DNA of 64,000 nucleotides, from the NCBI RefSeq assembly GCF_006345805.1, contig NC_042997.1, positions 173,786,001-173,850,000 of the forward strand, written 5' to 3'. A program made the translations under genes and the position numbers. Below are positions 53,382 to 64,000 of this stretch, piece after piece; within the stretch, counting starts at the first letter, position 1, and every line of letters starts with the position of its first letter. The notes below the pieces were generated by a model. The model ran no database searches. It was not told where the DNA came from and saw nothing but the letters and a program-made list of their open reading frames with translations. The DNA is from Octopus sinensis (lineage: Eukaryota).

Positions 53382-55103
53382 GAGAGAGCAACCATACACT
53401 GGGATATGCCGATACACAGAAACAAAGAAATTAAGGCCAATACGCTGGATATAGTCGTCAGAGGTCACCAAGAAAAAAATGCTTTCTAACTGATGTATCA
53501 ATACCAACAGATGACAATTTTTCTCTAAAAGATAGGGAGAAATTTTTCAAAATACAAAGATCTGGAAATAGCGATTACTCGAATATGGAGTATAAAATTC
53601 CTATCATAGTGGACGCATTAGGTATGATGAAAAAATATCCAAATAACAAAAACACCAGAACTAACAAGTATAAACAAGGGTTGGACAAAATAATGGAAAC
53701 ACCTAGTATCAAAGCATCATAATTTTGAAGTATCTATAAAACAGTCAAAAGCTTGTTTATTTTTATCTTTTTTATTTATTATTACTGTTGCTTAATATGT
53801 TTTTCTAAAATTGCTGTTTATTTTCAGATATCATCAGAAAATATAGAATTAACATTCATTAAAGGGACAGATCTATCGGAGTTTCAAAGAGGTCAAATTG
53901 TTGGTACTCGTATGGCAGGCGCTAGCGTAACGAAAACAGCCGAAATATTTGGTGTATCAAGAAGTACTGTCTCGAAAATAATGACAGCCTTTGAGAAAGA
54001 GGGAAAACCTCGTCGAAACAAAAACTCCAGAAAACAACAACTTTCAGATAGGAACCGTCGGACTCTTACGCGAATTGTTAGAAAGGGTCACAAAACTGCA
54101 ACTCACAAAATTACTGCAGAACTTAATGACCCCCTCGAGAACCCAGTTTCCACAAAAACTGTTCGCCGGGAGCAGCACAAAGCTGGATTTCACGGGAGGG
54201 CTACAATCAGAAAACCACTACTTTCAAAAACAAACGTTGCAAATGCGTTTAGAATGGAGTAAAAACCTGCAGAATTGGTCCCTAGAGCAGTGGAAGAATG
54301 TTATTTTCTCGGACGAGTCCTCCTTTACCTTATTTCCGACCACCGGCCGAGTATACGCGTGGAGACAGCCAAAAGAAGCTTTTGACCAAGACTGCATTCT
54401 TCCAACTGTTAAACAGGGTGGAGGATTTGTAATGATCTGGGGAGCTATATCTTGGAAATCCGCTTGCCCAATGATTTCCCTTCATGGCAGAATCAATAGT
54501 CAAGACTATCTAAGCATTTTATCTGATTAATTTCATCCTATGTTGCGAACTGTTTCCGGAGGGAAACGCAATCTTTCAGGATGATAATGCAGATGATAAT
54601 GCACCAATTCACGCAGCTAAAGTTGTTACTGAATGGCACAAGGAACATTCTAGTGAAGTTGAACATCTTATCTGGCCACCATAGTCCCCAGATCTCAATA
54701 ATATTAAACATTTATGGAGGATTTTAGAAAAAAAAATAAGGAGTAAATATTGTCCACCATCATCACTACAAGAACTGGAGACTGTTTTAGCTGAAGAATG
54801 GAAAAATTCCTTTGGAAACAATTCCAACTTTGTACGAGTCTATACCTCGTAGAATTCAAGCTACAAAGACGGTCCTACTCCATATTAAAATTAATTTGTT
54901 TGAAATTTTAAGGTGTTTCCATTATTTTGTCTAACCTCTGTATAACACAGAGAATAGCACCACTAGGCACCGCAAACTTCCTACGTGAAACACTTTCAAT
55001 AGAGTAAAAATAAGAGCATCACAACAATCGCAGCACAAGCCCAAAGCTCACAGAGCTGCGCTCGTTAGTGCAGTGAAAGCACGTGATAAAAGTAAGACTT
55101 CTG
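53382..55103 (+). mobile_element. R4/Dong-like 3' fragment split by a Tc1 insertion (53382-53674 and 54941-55103)
   Basis: Both halves are collinear with 44740-45210 and join at a TA; (AAT)n tail 55104-55193. Confidence 0.85.
53675..54940 (+). mobile_element. Full-length but inactivated Tc1 transposon
   Basis: 30-bp TIRs CAAGGGTTGGACAAAATAATGGAAACACCT and AGGTGTTTCCATTATTTTGTCTAACCTCTG; DLSEFQRGQIVG, FSDES, QDDNA, WPP*SPDLNNIKH (stop, catalytic E to K), frameshifts. Confidence 0.95.
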
Positions 55104-55119
55104 AATAATAATAATAATG

Positions 55120-55193
<74 letters not shown>

Positions 55194-55195
<2 letters not shown>

Positions 55196-55921
55196 GACGA
55201 ATGTACACAAGCTCTGCATGAAGAGGGGTAAATGTGGACGTGAGCTGATTAGCATATCGGTGTACCTCAACCGTGAAAGAAGAAACGTGGCAGCATATTT
55301 GGTAAACAGCAAACAAAACCTGCTACAGTATGCCGCTAATACAGAAGGATTTATTAAAAATGGACATGAGAGTGCTCATGAATTCCGATCACGAACAGCC
55401 AACGAGAGAGAAAGAACCTTACTCCGCATGGATTTACATGGTCAGTTCCACCGTGAGACTAGCAATTTAAAAGACCAGGAAGCATCATGGAGGTGGATCA
55501 GCAAGGGTGACATAAAAAAGAATACTAAAAGTCCAATCATCACTGCTCAAGATCAGGCATTGAATACCAACTCAGTGAAAAAGGATATATACCACACAAG
55601 TGCATCGGACCTCTGCAGAATCTGTGGGAAGAGGGTCGAAAACGGGACTCACATTGTTAGTGCTTGTGAAAGTCTTGTGCAGAAAGAGTACAAGCGCAGA
55701 CATGATAAGGTAGCCCAAAACCTTTATTGGCTACTATGCCAGAAGTATGGATACGCGGTTATGGGTGCTCGGTGCAACATACACCGGAAAAGGTAATGGA
55801 CGAAAAGGGAAAGGCGAAAGTCCTCTGGGACTTTGACTTCCAGACAGTCAAAACGTTAGAATACCGAAGGCGGATATAATAACATTTAGGAGGACAAACA
55901 AGAGTACCTAATAATTGATGT
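55194..55921 (+). mobile_element. Second R4/Dong-like subfamily fragment starting at the (AAT)n tail of the previous element
   Basis: LHGQFHRE, AQDQALNT, CRICGKRVENGTHIVSAC, YKRRHDKVA, KVLWDFDFQT; 3'-truncated. Confidence 0.85.
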
Positions 55922-56108
55922 GACAGATAGGCGTCCACTACACTCACGATCTTCAAAGATCAGGTCTCCGCTGCAAAATCGTTTAAATTACTGGTCATTT
56001 CCTCTGCAAACGTTTCGTTGATATCGTGCGCAGTATGAGCTCGTTTAAATCCTTTTTTGAAGCTGAATTGCAAAATTGCTCGAATATGGCGTTTTGACAG
56101 TTCCATTT
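55922..56108 (-). mobile_element. Mariner transposase N-terminal fragment
   Basis: MELSKRHIRAILQFSFKKG..AHTAHDINETF and EDRECSGR. Confidence 0.75.
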
Positions 56109-56177
56109 CAGATGATTGTAACAACGGGGGAAAAAATATCAATGTTAATTTATTGGTCAAGTCTATGTCTGTATTAT

Positions 56178-56450
56178 AACCTTGTGAGTGGGTTTGGTAG
56201 ACGGAAACTGAAAGAAGCCCTGGGTATATATATGTGTGTGTATTTGTGTGTGTGTGTGTTTGTCCTCCCCCCCCAACATCGCTTGACAAACGATGTTGGT
56301 GTGTTTACGTCCCCGTAACATAGCGGTTCTGCAAAAGAGGCCGATAGAATAAGTACTAGGCTTACAAAGAAGTCCTGGGGTCGATTTGTTCGACTAAAGG
56401 CGGTGCTCCAGCATAGCTGCAGTCAAATGACTGAAACAAATAAAAGAATA
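56178..56450 (+). mobile_element. SINE family A, 5'-truncated
   Basis: Collinear with 41305-41590. Confidence 0.85.
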
Positions 56451-56494
56451 TATATATACATACATACTTATATATATACAAAATATATATAAAG

Positions 56495-56562
<68 letters not shown>

Positions 56563-56590
56563 AATGTATCTTTATATATATATATATATA

Positions 56591-56918
56591 TATAATATTA
56601 AATTAGAGACAAAACCACTATTATGCAAATCAAACAAAGAAAGACTTAATCCAATACATCAAATAATTTATATAAATTAAAATTTAACAATTATAAATAA
56701 CCACTACGATCGTTTCGTGTCAGCACATCTTGGAGACATTCTTCAGGTGGTTTCAAAACCTAAAATATAATCAATTTTTTTAAGACATAAATATCTATAT
56801 AATCTAAATAATAGTGGTTTTGTCTCTAATTTAATATAATATTATTTTACTATAAAATTGGATTCAATCCTAAATCTGATTTTTCCCTGTAAATTTGGAT
56901 TTATTCCCTAATATTTAT

Positions 56919-56930
<12 letters not shown>
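56591..56930. mobile_element. (TA)n-flanked element with 33-bp inverted repeats (56591-56623 / 56809-56843) around a hammerhead motif; PLE-like
   Basis: ATTAAATTAGAGACAAAACCACTATTA and its reverse complement; a diverged 3' segment also at about 50050-50130. Confidence 0.7.
56700..56751 (-). ncRNA. Minimal type I hammerhead ribozyme motif
   Basis: Minus strand: ACCAC-CTGAAGA-ATGTC[13 nt]GACAC-GAAA-C-GATC-G-TA/GTGGT; perfect stem I, palindromic CGATCG, GUA site. Confidence 0.8.
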
Positions 56931-56955
<25 letters not shown>

Positions 56956-57088
56956 TACTTGGAGGATAAGAACGACGCGAGGCGCTCAGTCATATAATAA
57001 CAATTTAACAAATAAAACATATGCATACCTACATACATATATGTACATACCTACATCTATATGTATATATATACATGCATATATATAT

Positions 57089-57153
<65 letters not shown>

Positions 57154-57361
57154 TTATATATATATATATATAATATAATTATATATATATATATTATATA
57201 TGAGTACAGGACACCACAAATAAACGTAGAACACAACGAGTAACGAAAACAAAAACAAACAAGGAAACGGACTTTTTTTAACAACGAAAAAACAGAGTAC
57301 AAGACAAACAATACAAGGAATATTTCCCGTCATCAGCAGCCCCTGGTGTTCGACTCAATGC

Positions 57362-57436
<75 letters not shown>

Positions 57437-58289
57437 AAAGAGATGAAGAGAGGAAGATATATAGTTTGGCCAGTGGCCTGTATTTGAACAGCACATACAA
57501 ATGCGGTTATATAAAATAACATACATCATGATTTATTCAAACTTTGTCCACCTTCAGAGGATGTATCATTATTGTCCAATAACAAAAAGAGGATAGGATT
57601 TGGAATTGTAGAGCACATTATATTATTTATTTAATGATTGTTATAGAGTCTCCAATAGAAAAGAATATGACAAACACAGAAATAAGAGATTCATAATTTG
57701 TGTCTGGTGTCTGTGGTCAGAATAGGTTATAGATATTTTGAAGACCGATGTGGACGTGGTTACCAAAGACACGAGGATGGTGTCGATGGTATGTTGGAGC
57801 TGGAGCGGCATGGACAACCGATTGAGACCCTAGGCAACTCCCTTTAACCTCCAATAATACACTGAGAATGAAGATGTTCACCGGAAATAGAAATGCGAAC
57901 TCAAAACGAAACAAAACAAATATCAGAATGGAAAGACAACACACGACAAATAAATACATTCATGCCTGAAGAAAACTGAGTCTTGCCACCGTACTTTCCA
58001 TCCAACTCAGCAACACTCAACCTAAGAGAAGGAAGAATATATACATAAAGGTAGGAATTGATAACCAAATGCCAAATTACGCCCCCTCTTTTTCTCTCCC
58101 CCTTCCTGAATCAACTTCTATCTATCAATCTTGCTCTCTCTCTTTTTCTGTATATATGTGTGTATATGTGTGTATGTGTGTGTGTGAATCTATATAACAT
58201 TCAAATGATAATTATTATTATTATTAATATAGCATATTTGTGTGCGTATAGCAAATACATACACATCGAAAGACGCCTGTTGTTATGTC

Positions 58290-58627
58290 ATGTTATTATC
58301 ATCATTATTGTTTTTTTGTATTATTTTTGAATTTATATTCGTGTAACATCGTCCGTTTTTCCGTCCTTCTTTCGTATACATTCGATGCTTTTTTCCAAGG
58401 AATTTAATGCTCTTAGCTTAGTTTTTCCTTGGGGCTGTCCAGACTGGAGCAATCTCAAGATTAATCAGCCGAAATTGCGAGGATGATCCGGTTCTTGATT
58501 GAAGATAAAAGGCTTTGAATGACCCGTCCGTGTTTTTTTGTATCGTCTATCTAGATGTTTTGTTATCCCTTTTAGTATCACCTAGTTGTCCGGATGTTTT
58601 GCGTTCTTGTCCCATTTTGTATTTTAT

Positions 58628-58630
<3 letters not shown>
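58290..58630 (-). repeat. Repeat family E
   Basis: Collinear with 40010-40380. Confidence 0.75.
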
Positions 58631-58663
<33 letters not shown>

Positions 58664-58667
58664 CACT

Positions 58668-58753
<86 letters not shown>

Positions 58754-58757
58754 CACT

Positions 58758-58793
<36 letters not shown>

Positions 58794-58801
58794 TATATAT
58801 A

Positions 58802-58845
<44 letters not shown>

Positions 58846-59879
58846 TTATAAATATATATATAATACACTTAAATATATATATATATATTATATATATTGT
58901 ATGTTAAAAACACATGAATGACACACACACATAAGCATATATATGTGTTTGTAAAATTGTATATATGTATGTATGTGTGTGTGTGTGCATATACATAGTG
59001 CATTCTCTCTGTGCATAATGTTTCTCTCATCCTAAGTTTCTCTTTTGTTTCTCATTCTCTCTTTTTACTCTTTAGTCTCTCCCTAATGTCATGTTTTCAT
59101 TATTCATCGCTCTATCACATTCATTTCTCTTTTCTTCCCAGTTTCGTTATCTCTCTCTCTCTCTCTCTCGCCTCTTTCTCCGTGTGTTTGTCTGACCCTT
59201 ACTCTCTCTCTCTCTCTCCTCTTTCTCTGTCTGTCTGTCTGTCTGTCTCTCTCTTTAATCCCTCACCCTTTCACCCCGCTTCCTCTACCACTACACGCCA
59301 CAAACTTGAAATAGATGTTGTGGCTATTTCAACATGTCATTCAATAGAGTTTCAGTCAGACCTGAACGTATCTCCCTGGCGTCCAACTGTCCAAACTGCT
59401 CCAAGATGGTACTAAAAAAAAAAAAATACCAATAAATAAATAAATAAATATGTAAACAAACATACAAACAAACAATTAGATATATATATATATATAAAAA
59501 ATATAAAAAGTGAAAAAAGTGAAAGAAATACAATATAATATACAATAAGAAAAGGAATACAATAAAATTTGCGGAGACGAAACTTAGGCAAACTTTAAAC
59601 AAGTCTTTTTTATGGTGGCTGGTTGGTTGGTTGATTGGTGGTGTTGGTGGAGGAGATTGTCAGGACGATGGTGGTAATGGACGTGGTGATAGTGGCAGTG
59701 GCGATAGTGGTGGCGAGGTTGCTGTAAGTGGTGGTGATATAGAGGTGATGAGAAGGTGATGTTGGAGGGAACTAAGTCGACCGGAGACATCTCCCACCTG
59801 GGTTCTCGTGATAATTGTTCTGTTGTTTGTTGTTGTTGTTGTTGTTGTTCTTGCTGTCGTTTTTTTTATTGTTCTTTTG

Positions 59880-60240
59880 CCGTAGTGATAATGGTGATAA
59901 TGATGACGATGATGATCCTGATGATAAAGACGATGCTGAAGATGATGATGAACGTAATGATGATGATGATGTTGATGATGATGCTGATGATGATGGTGAT
60001 GATAAAAAAGGGGTAGGAAAATGTGGGAGAGTCAAGCGAAGAGATAAAAGAATGTCTGTTGCGTTCATATACACACAAAATAATATATCTAACCACCCAC
60101 CCACCCACCCACCCATCCATCCATCCATCCATCCATCCATCCATCCATCCATCAATACATCCATCCATCCATCTATCCATCAAACCAGCAATCCATCCAT
60201 CCATCCATCCATCCATCCATCCATTCATCCATCCATATAT
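59880..60240. repeat. (GAT)n and (ATCC)n microsatellites
   Basis: Visible repeats; source of the poly-D/M/S ORFs. Confidence 0.9.
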
Positions 60241-60249
60241 ACATACATT

Positions 60250-60285
<36 letters not shown>

Positions 60286-60384
60286 CATTATGCATGCATA
60301 CACACAGACAAACAGACATAGATAGATAGATAGATAGATAGATAGAACATCTATATGCATATACGCAGAGACATAGGTATAGTA

Positions 60385-60427
<43 letters not shown>

Positions 60428-60735
60428 TATATTCACAGAGAAACAGACGCTAATACAGATATATGAAGACTTATTTACATGTATATGTGTGTGTATATAT
60501 ATAAATGTATATGATATATATCATTATAAGTGTATTGATATCTATGCGTGTATAAAAATGTACTTTCTGTGACCACGAATATATGTACATATAAATACAG
60601 TTGAATGAATACATAGATATACATATTTTTTGTGTTGGTGTGCCTTTTTTCTCTGTCTGCCGAGAATACGTTTGTATACCAGACACTCACTCATGCGCAG
60701 TCTCAGACACATATATGTACGCATGTATGTGTACG

Positions 60736-60771
<36 letters not shown>

Positions 60772-60790
60772 GTATATATATATATATATA

Positions 60791-60850
<60 letters not shown>

Positions 60851-61889
60851 CATATATATATCATATATATATATATACATATATAATATCTGTGTATATT
60901 ATATATATTATATATATAATATATATATATACATATATACAAACACATATATATATATATATACAAACACATATATACATATACATACATACGCACACAT
61001 ATCTGCATACAAACGTACAAAACTACGTTCATAATATATAGTTATAGATTGTGTGGGATGTCTTCGCAAAGAGAAGCACAGCGCATAAGCAGATGCGTGT
61101 GACAACATGACAGACTGATGAATAAAACTCACATTTGATTTTCTTGCCAATATTTGATATTTTAATTCCTATGTGGGTTTGAGCAAAAAGGTATTTTTGC
61201 TGCGTGGTCAATCTTGTTCTGTTTCTAAACATTTTAGCTTTAACCCGTCAAATCTCTTGCGGCAGTTTCCAACGTAATCCTCGTTTTACACCTTGTCACA
61301 AACAACTATGTCTTTCTATATATGGAGCCAACGAGGGAGCCAGTACAAGGACGTCAGTCCTACTAGAAGCGGCTCCAAATTTTCCTCAAACCAGAAGTCT
61401 GATCTCTTAAAAAAAAAGGGAAGGTTTCTTTGGTTGATGTATTTCCAGAAATAGAATAATATTTATAATTAAGAACTAAATATTTTAATATCTTTTTACA
61501 CTGTTGATTTAAAAATCAATCGCAGTTTTTCTGCCGTCTCCTTCCTGACAGGTTTTTCAATTTATTCTCGATCAGTGTATAAACGTTTCCATATGAATAA
61601 AAAAAAAAACTCATGTGAGCTGGTTATCTGCGAAGAGGAAAAAAAATTTCATGATTCGGAGAATAGTCTTTCTTCAAGGAAAATATGTAGCGGCTGATAC
61701 CACGGTTATTAAAGGACAAATGAAAAAAGGGAGAGCGATGAGGAAAGAGATGGGCGAGAAAAATAAAATATGAGTAATGTCGAACAGGGGCATAACTGTC
61801 TTAGGTTCAGTCTCACTTTGGTCAAGTGTCATCTTTTATAGCCCTGAGCTGACCAATACCTTCATAGTCAATTTGGTAGACGGAACGGG

Positions 61890-61931
<42 letters not shown>

Positions 61932-61932
<1 letters not shown>

Positions 61933-62262
61933 TACGGAGATGTACTTGCATAGCAAGTGATTTGATCTGAGATCGTGTGCTGAAACGAAAACAATTGCAG
62001 CGTGGAAGGTGTTTGTAAGCCATTTAAGAAACACACAAAGCCGTTCGATTCACTTCAACATTTAAGTTTAATTTGTCAAAATATTTTCGTCGCTATAAGA
62101 CCGCGACCTGTTCATCGAGATGCAGCACGGATTTTTGTCAGTGAACAGGTCGCGGTCTTAAAGCGACGAAAATATTTTGACAAATTGAACTTAAATGTTG
62201 AAGTGAACTGAACGGCTTTTGTGTGTTTCTTAAATGGCTTACAAACACCTTCCACGTTGCAA
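61932..62262. mobile_element. (TA)n-flanked fold-back element, ~120-bp arms (61995-62114 / 62142-62262)
   Basis: Arms are near-perfect reverse complements; 27-nt loop. Confidence 0.85.
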
Positions 62263-62746
62263 TATATATATATATATATATACTCTCTCTCTCTTTTACT
62301 TGTTTCAGTCATTTGACTGCGGCCATACTGGAGCACCGCCTTATATATATATATATATATATAAAGCCTGGGTAAATAAATACTATTTTTATTACTGAAT
62401 TTGGCGAAACTGCAGTATAAGAAAAGTTAAGTTTGTAAAAGTTTTTAAATCTCATCTCACGAAATATTATCCAGCTATTGTGTATCTAGTACACTCTTCG
62501 CCTTGAATGTAATGATATATGTATAATATATGGCGTGTACTGGTACACCGGCGATTATAATTAATTTTATTGTATCGCATTTATCTTTGTTTACATATTC
62601 TCTCGATAAATTTCTGACCGTTAGACGATATACCACAATCCCCTATTTGTGTCGGGTTTGTTCGGAGTCTGCGCAGTGTTTTGAATAGTTTAGAAAGAGC
62701 ATTTCGATAGAAGCACATGGATCTATTGGTATGGTCTTTTCCATCA

Positions 62747-62835
62747 TTAACAGGAATCTTACTGATGAGCCAGCCTGGGTAAATAAATACTATTTTTATA
62801 CTGAATTTGGCGAAACTGCAGTATAAGAAAGTTAA
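62747..62835 (+). ncRNA. Type I hammerhead ribozyme, copy 1 (predicted cleavage after 62823)
   Basis: TTAAC-AGGAA-TCTTA-CTGATGA-GCCA..TGGC-GAAA-C-TGCA-G-TA/TAAGA-AA-GTTAA: full core, G-C at 10.1/11.1, bipartite stem I. Confidence 0.9.
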
Positions 62836-63143
62836 GTTTGTAAAAGTTTTTAATCTCATCTCACGAAATTATCCAGCTATTGTTATCTAGTACACTCTTC
62901 GCCTTGAATGTAATGATATATGTATAATATATGCGTGTACTGGTACACCGGCGATTATATTAATTTTATTGTATCGCATTTATCTTTGTTTACATATTCT
63001 CTCGATAAATTTCTGACCGTTAGACGATATACCACAATCCCCTATTTTGTCGGGTTTGTTCGGAGTCTGCGCAGTGTTTTGAATAGTTTAGAAAGAGCAT
63101 TTCGATAGAAGCACATGGATCTATTGGTATGGTCTTTCCATCA

Positions 63144-63234
63144 TTAACAGGAATCTTACTGATGAGCCAGCCTGGGTAAATAAATACTATTTTTATTACT
63201 GAATTTGGCGAAACTGCAGTATAAGAAAAGTTAA
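63144..63234 (+). ncRNA. Type I hammerhead ribozyme, copy 2 (predicted cleavage after 63221)
   Basis: Same motif; CTGATGA at 63159, GAAA at 63210. Confidence 0.9.
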
Positions 63235-63548
63235 GTTTGTAAAGTTTTTAAATCTCATCTCACGAAAATTATCCAGCTATTGTGTATCTAGTACACTCTT
63301 CGCCTTGAATGTAAGTAATGATATATGTATAATATATGGCGTGTACTGGTACACCGGCGATTATAATTAATTTTATTGTATCGCATTTATCTTTGTTTAC
63401 ATATTCTCTCGATAATTTCTGACCGTTAGACGATATACCACAATCCCCTATTTTGTCGGGTTTGTTCGGAGTCTGCGCAGTGTTTTGAATAGTTTAGAAA
63501 GAGCATTCGATAGAAGCACATGGATCTATTGGTATGGTCTTTCCATCA

Positions 63549-63639
63549 TTAACAGGAATCTTACTGATGAGCCAGCCTGGGTAAATAAATACTATTTTTA
63601 TTACTGGAATTGGCGAAACTGCAGTATAAGAAAAGTTAA
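63549..63639 (+). ncRNA. Type I hammerhead ribozyme, copy 3 (predicted cleavage after 63626)
   Basis: Same motif; CTGATGA at 63564, GAAA at 63615. Confidence 0.9.
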
Positions 63640-64000
63640 GTTTGTAAAAGTTTTTAAATCTCATCTCACGAAATTTATCCAGCTATTGTGTATCTAGTAC
63701 ACTCTTCGCCTTGAATGTAATGATATATGTATATATATGGCGTGTACTGGTACACCCGGCGATTATAATTATTTTTTGTATCGCATTTATCTTTGTTTAC
63801 ATATTCTCTCGATAAATTTCTGACCGTTAGACGATATACCACAATCCCTATTTTGTCGGGTTTGTTCGGAGTCTGCGCAGTGTTTTGAATAGTTTAGAAA
63901 GAGCATTTCGATAGAAGCACATGGATCTATTGGTATGGTCTTTCCATCATTAACAGGAATCTTACTGATGAGCCAGCCTGGGTAAATAAATACTATTTTT

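Larger units (their letters stand above)
62365..64000 (+). mobile_element. Tandem array of ~400-bp non-coding units each carrying a hammerhead ribozyme (retrozyme-like); runs off the window
   Basis: GCCTGGGTAAAT at 62366, 62773, 63170, 63575 and 63976 (periods 407, 397, 405, 401); units near-identical; no meaningful ORF. Confidence 0.88.

Noticed and set aside
57720-57790. Candidate exon YFEDRCGRGYQRHEDG (EGF-like)
   Set aside because: Cysteine spacing incomplete, weak acceptor, no supporting neighbouring exons.
59815-60321. Acidic poly-Asp ORF
   Set aside because: (GAT)n and (ATCC)n microsatellite read-through.
61100-61145. CTGATGA motif
   Set aside because: No stem II or GAAA downstream. 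The same applies to hits near 4520, 21958, 24430 (minus) and 42540.
62365-64000. CRISPR-like or coding interpretation of the tandem array
   Set aside because: Whole ~400-bp units repeat with no unique spacers; ORFs are short and not conserved between units.

Overview
AT-rich animal non-coding DNA dominated by microsatellites and decayed transposable elements, with one 100-N scaffold gap (11388-11487). The SINE families look like those of Octopus (inference, not database-checked). I found no intact host gene; almost all six-frame ORFs are microsatellite read-through. Recognisable elements are four tRNA-derived SINE families, two Tc1 and two mariner remnants, two Helitron helicase remnants plus a non-autonomous Helitron, R4/Dong-like, HERO-like and RTE-like non-LTR fragments, a Tx1/L1-like ORF1 with a CCHC knuckle, and an LTR gag fragment. 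The main result is a set of non-coding, mostly (TA)n-embedded repeats carrying type I hammerhead ribozyme (HHR) motifs with a minimal palindromic stem III. The best case is a ~400-bp tandem array (62365 to window end) with a canonical HHR in each complete unit, which resembles a retrozyme. Unrelated HHR-bearing families lie at 56.7, 45.7, 30.4/30.9, 17.8/17.9 and 9.2 kb. Several fold-back palindromes have their inversion points in or next to HHR halves, consistent with Penelope-like (PLE) pseudo-LTR biology. All structures were read by eye; activity and novelty are untested.
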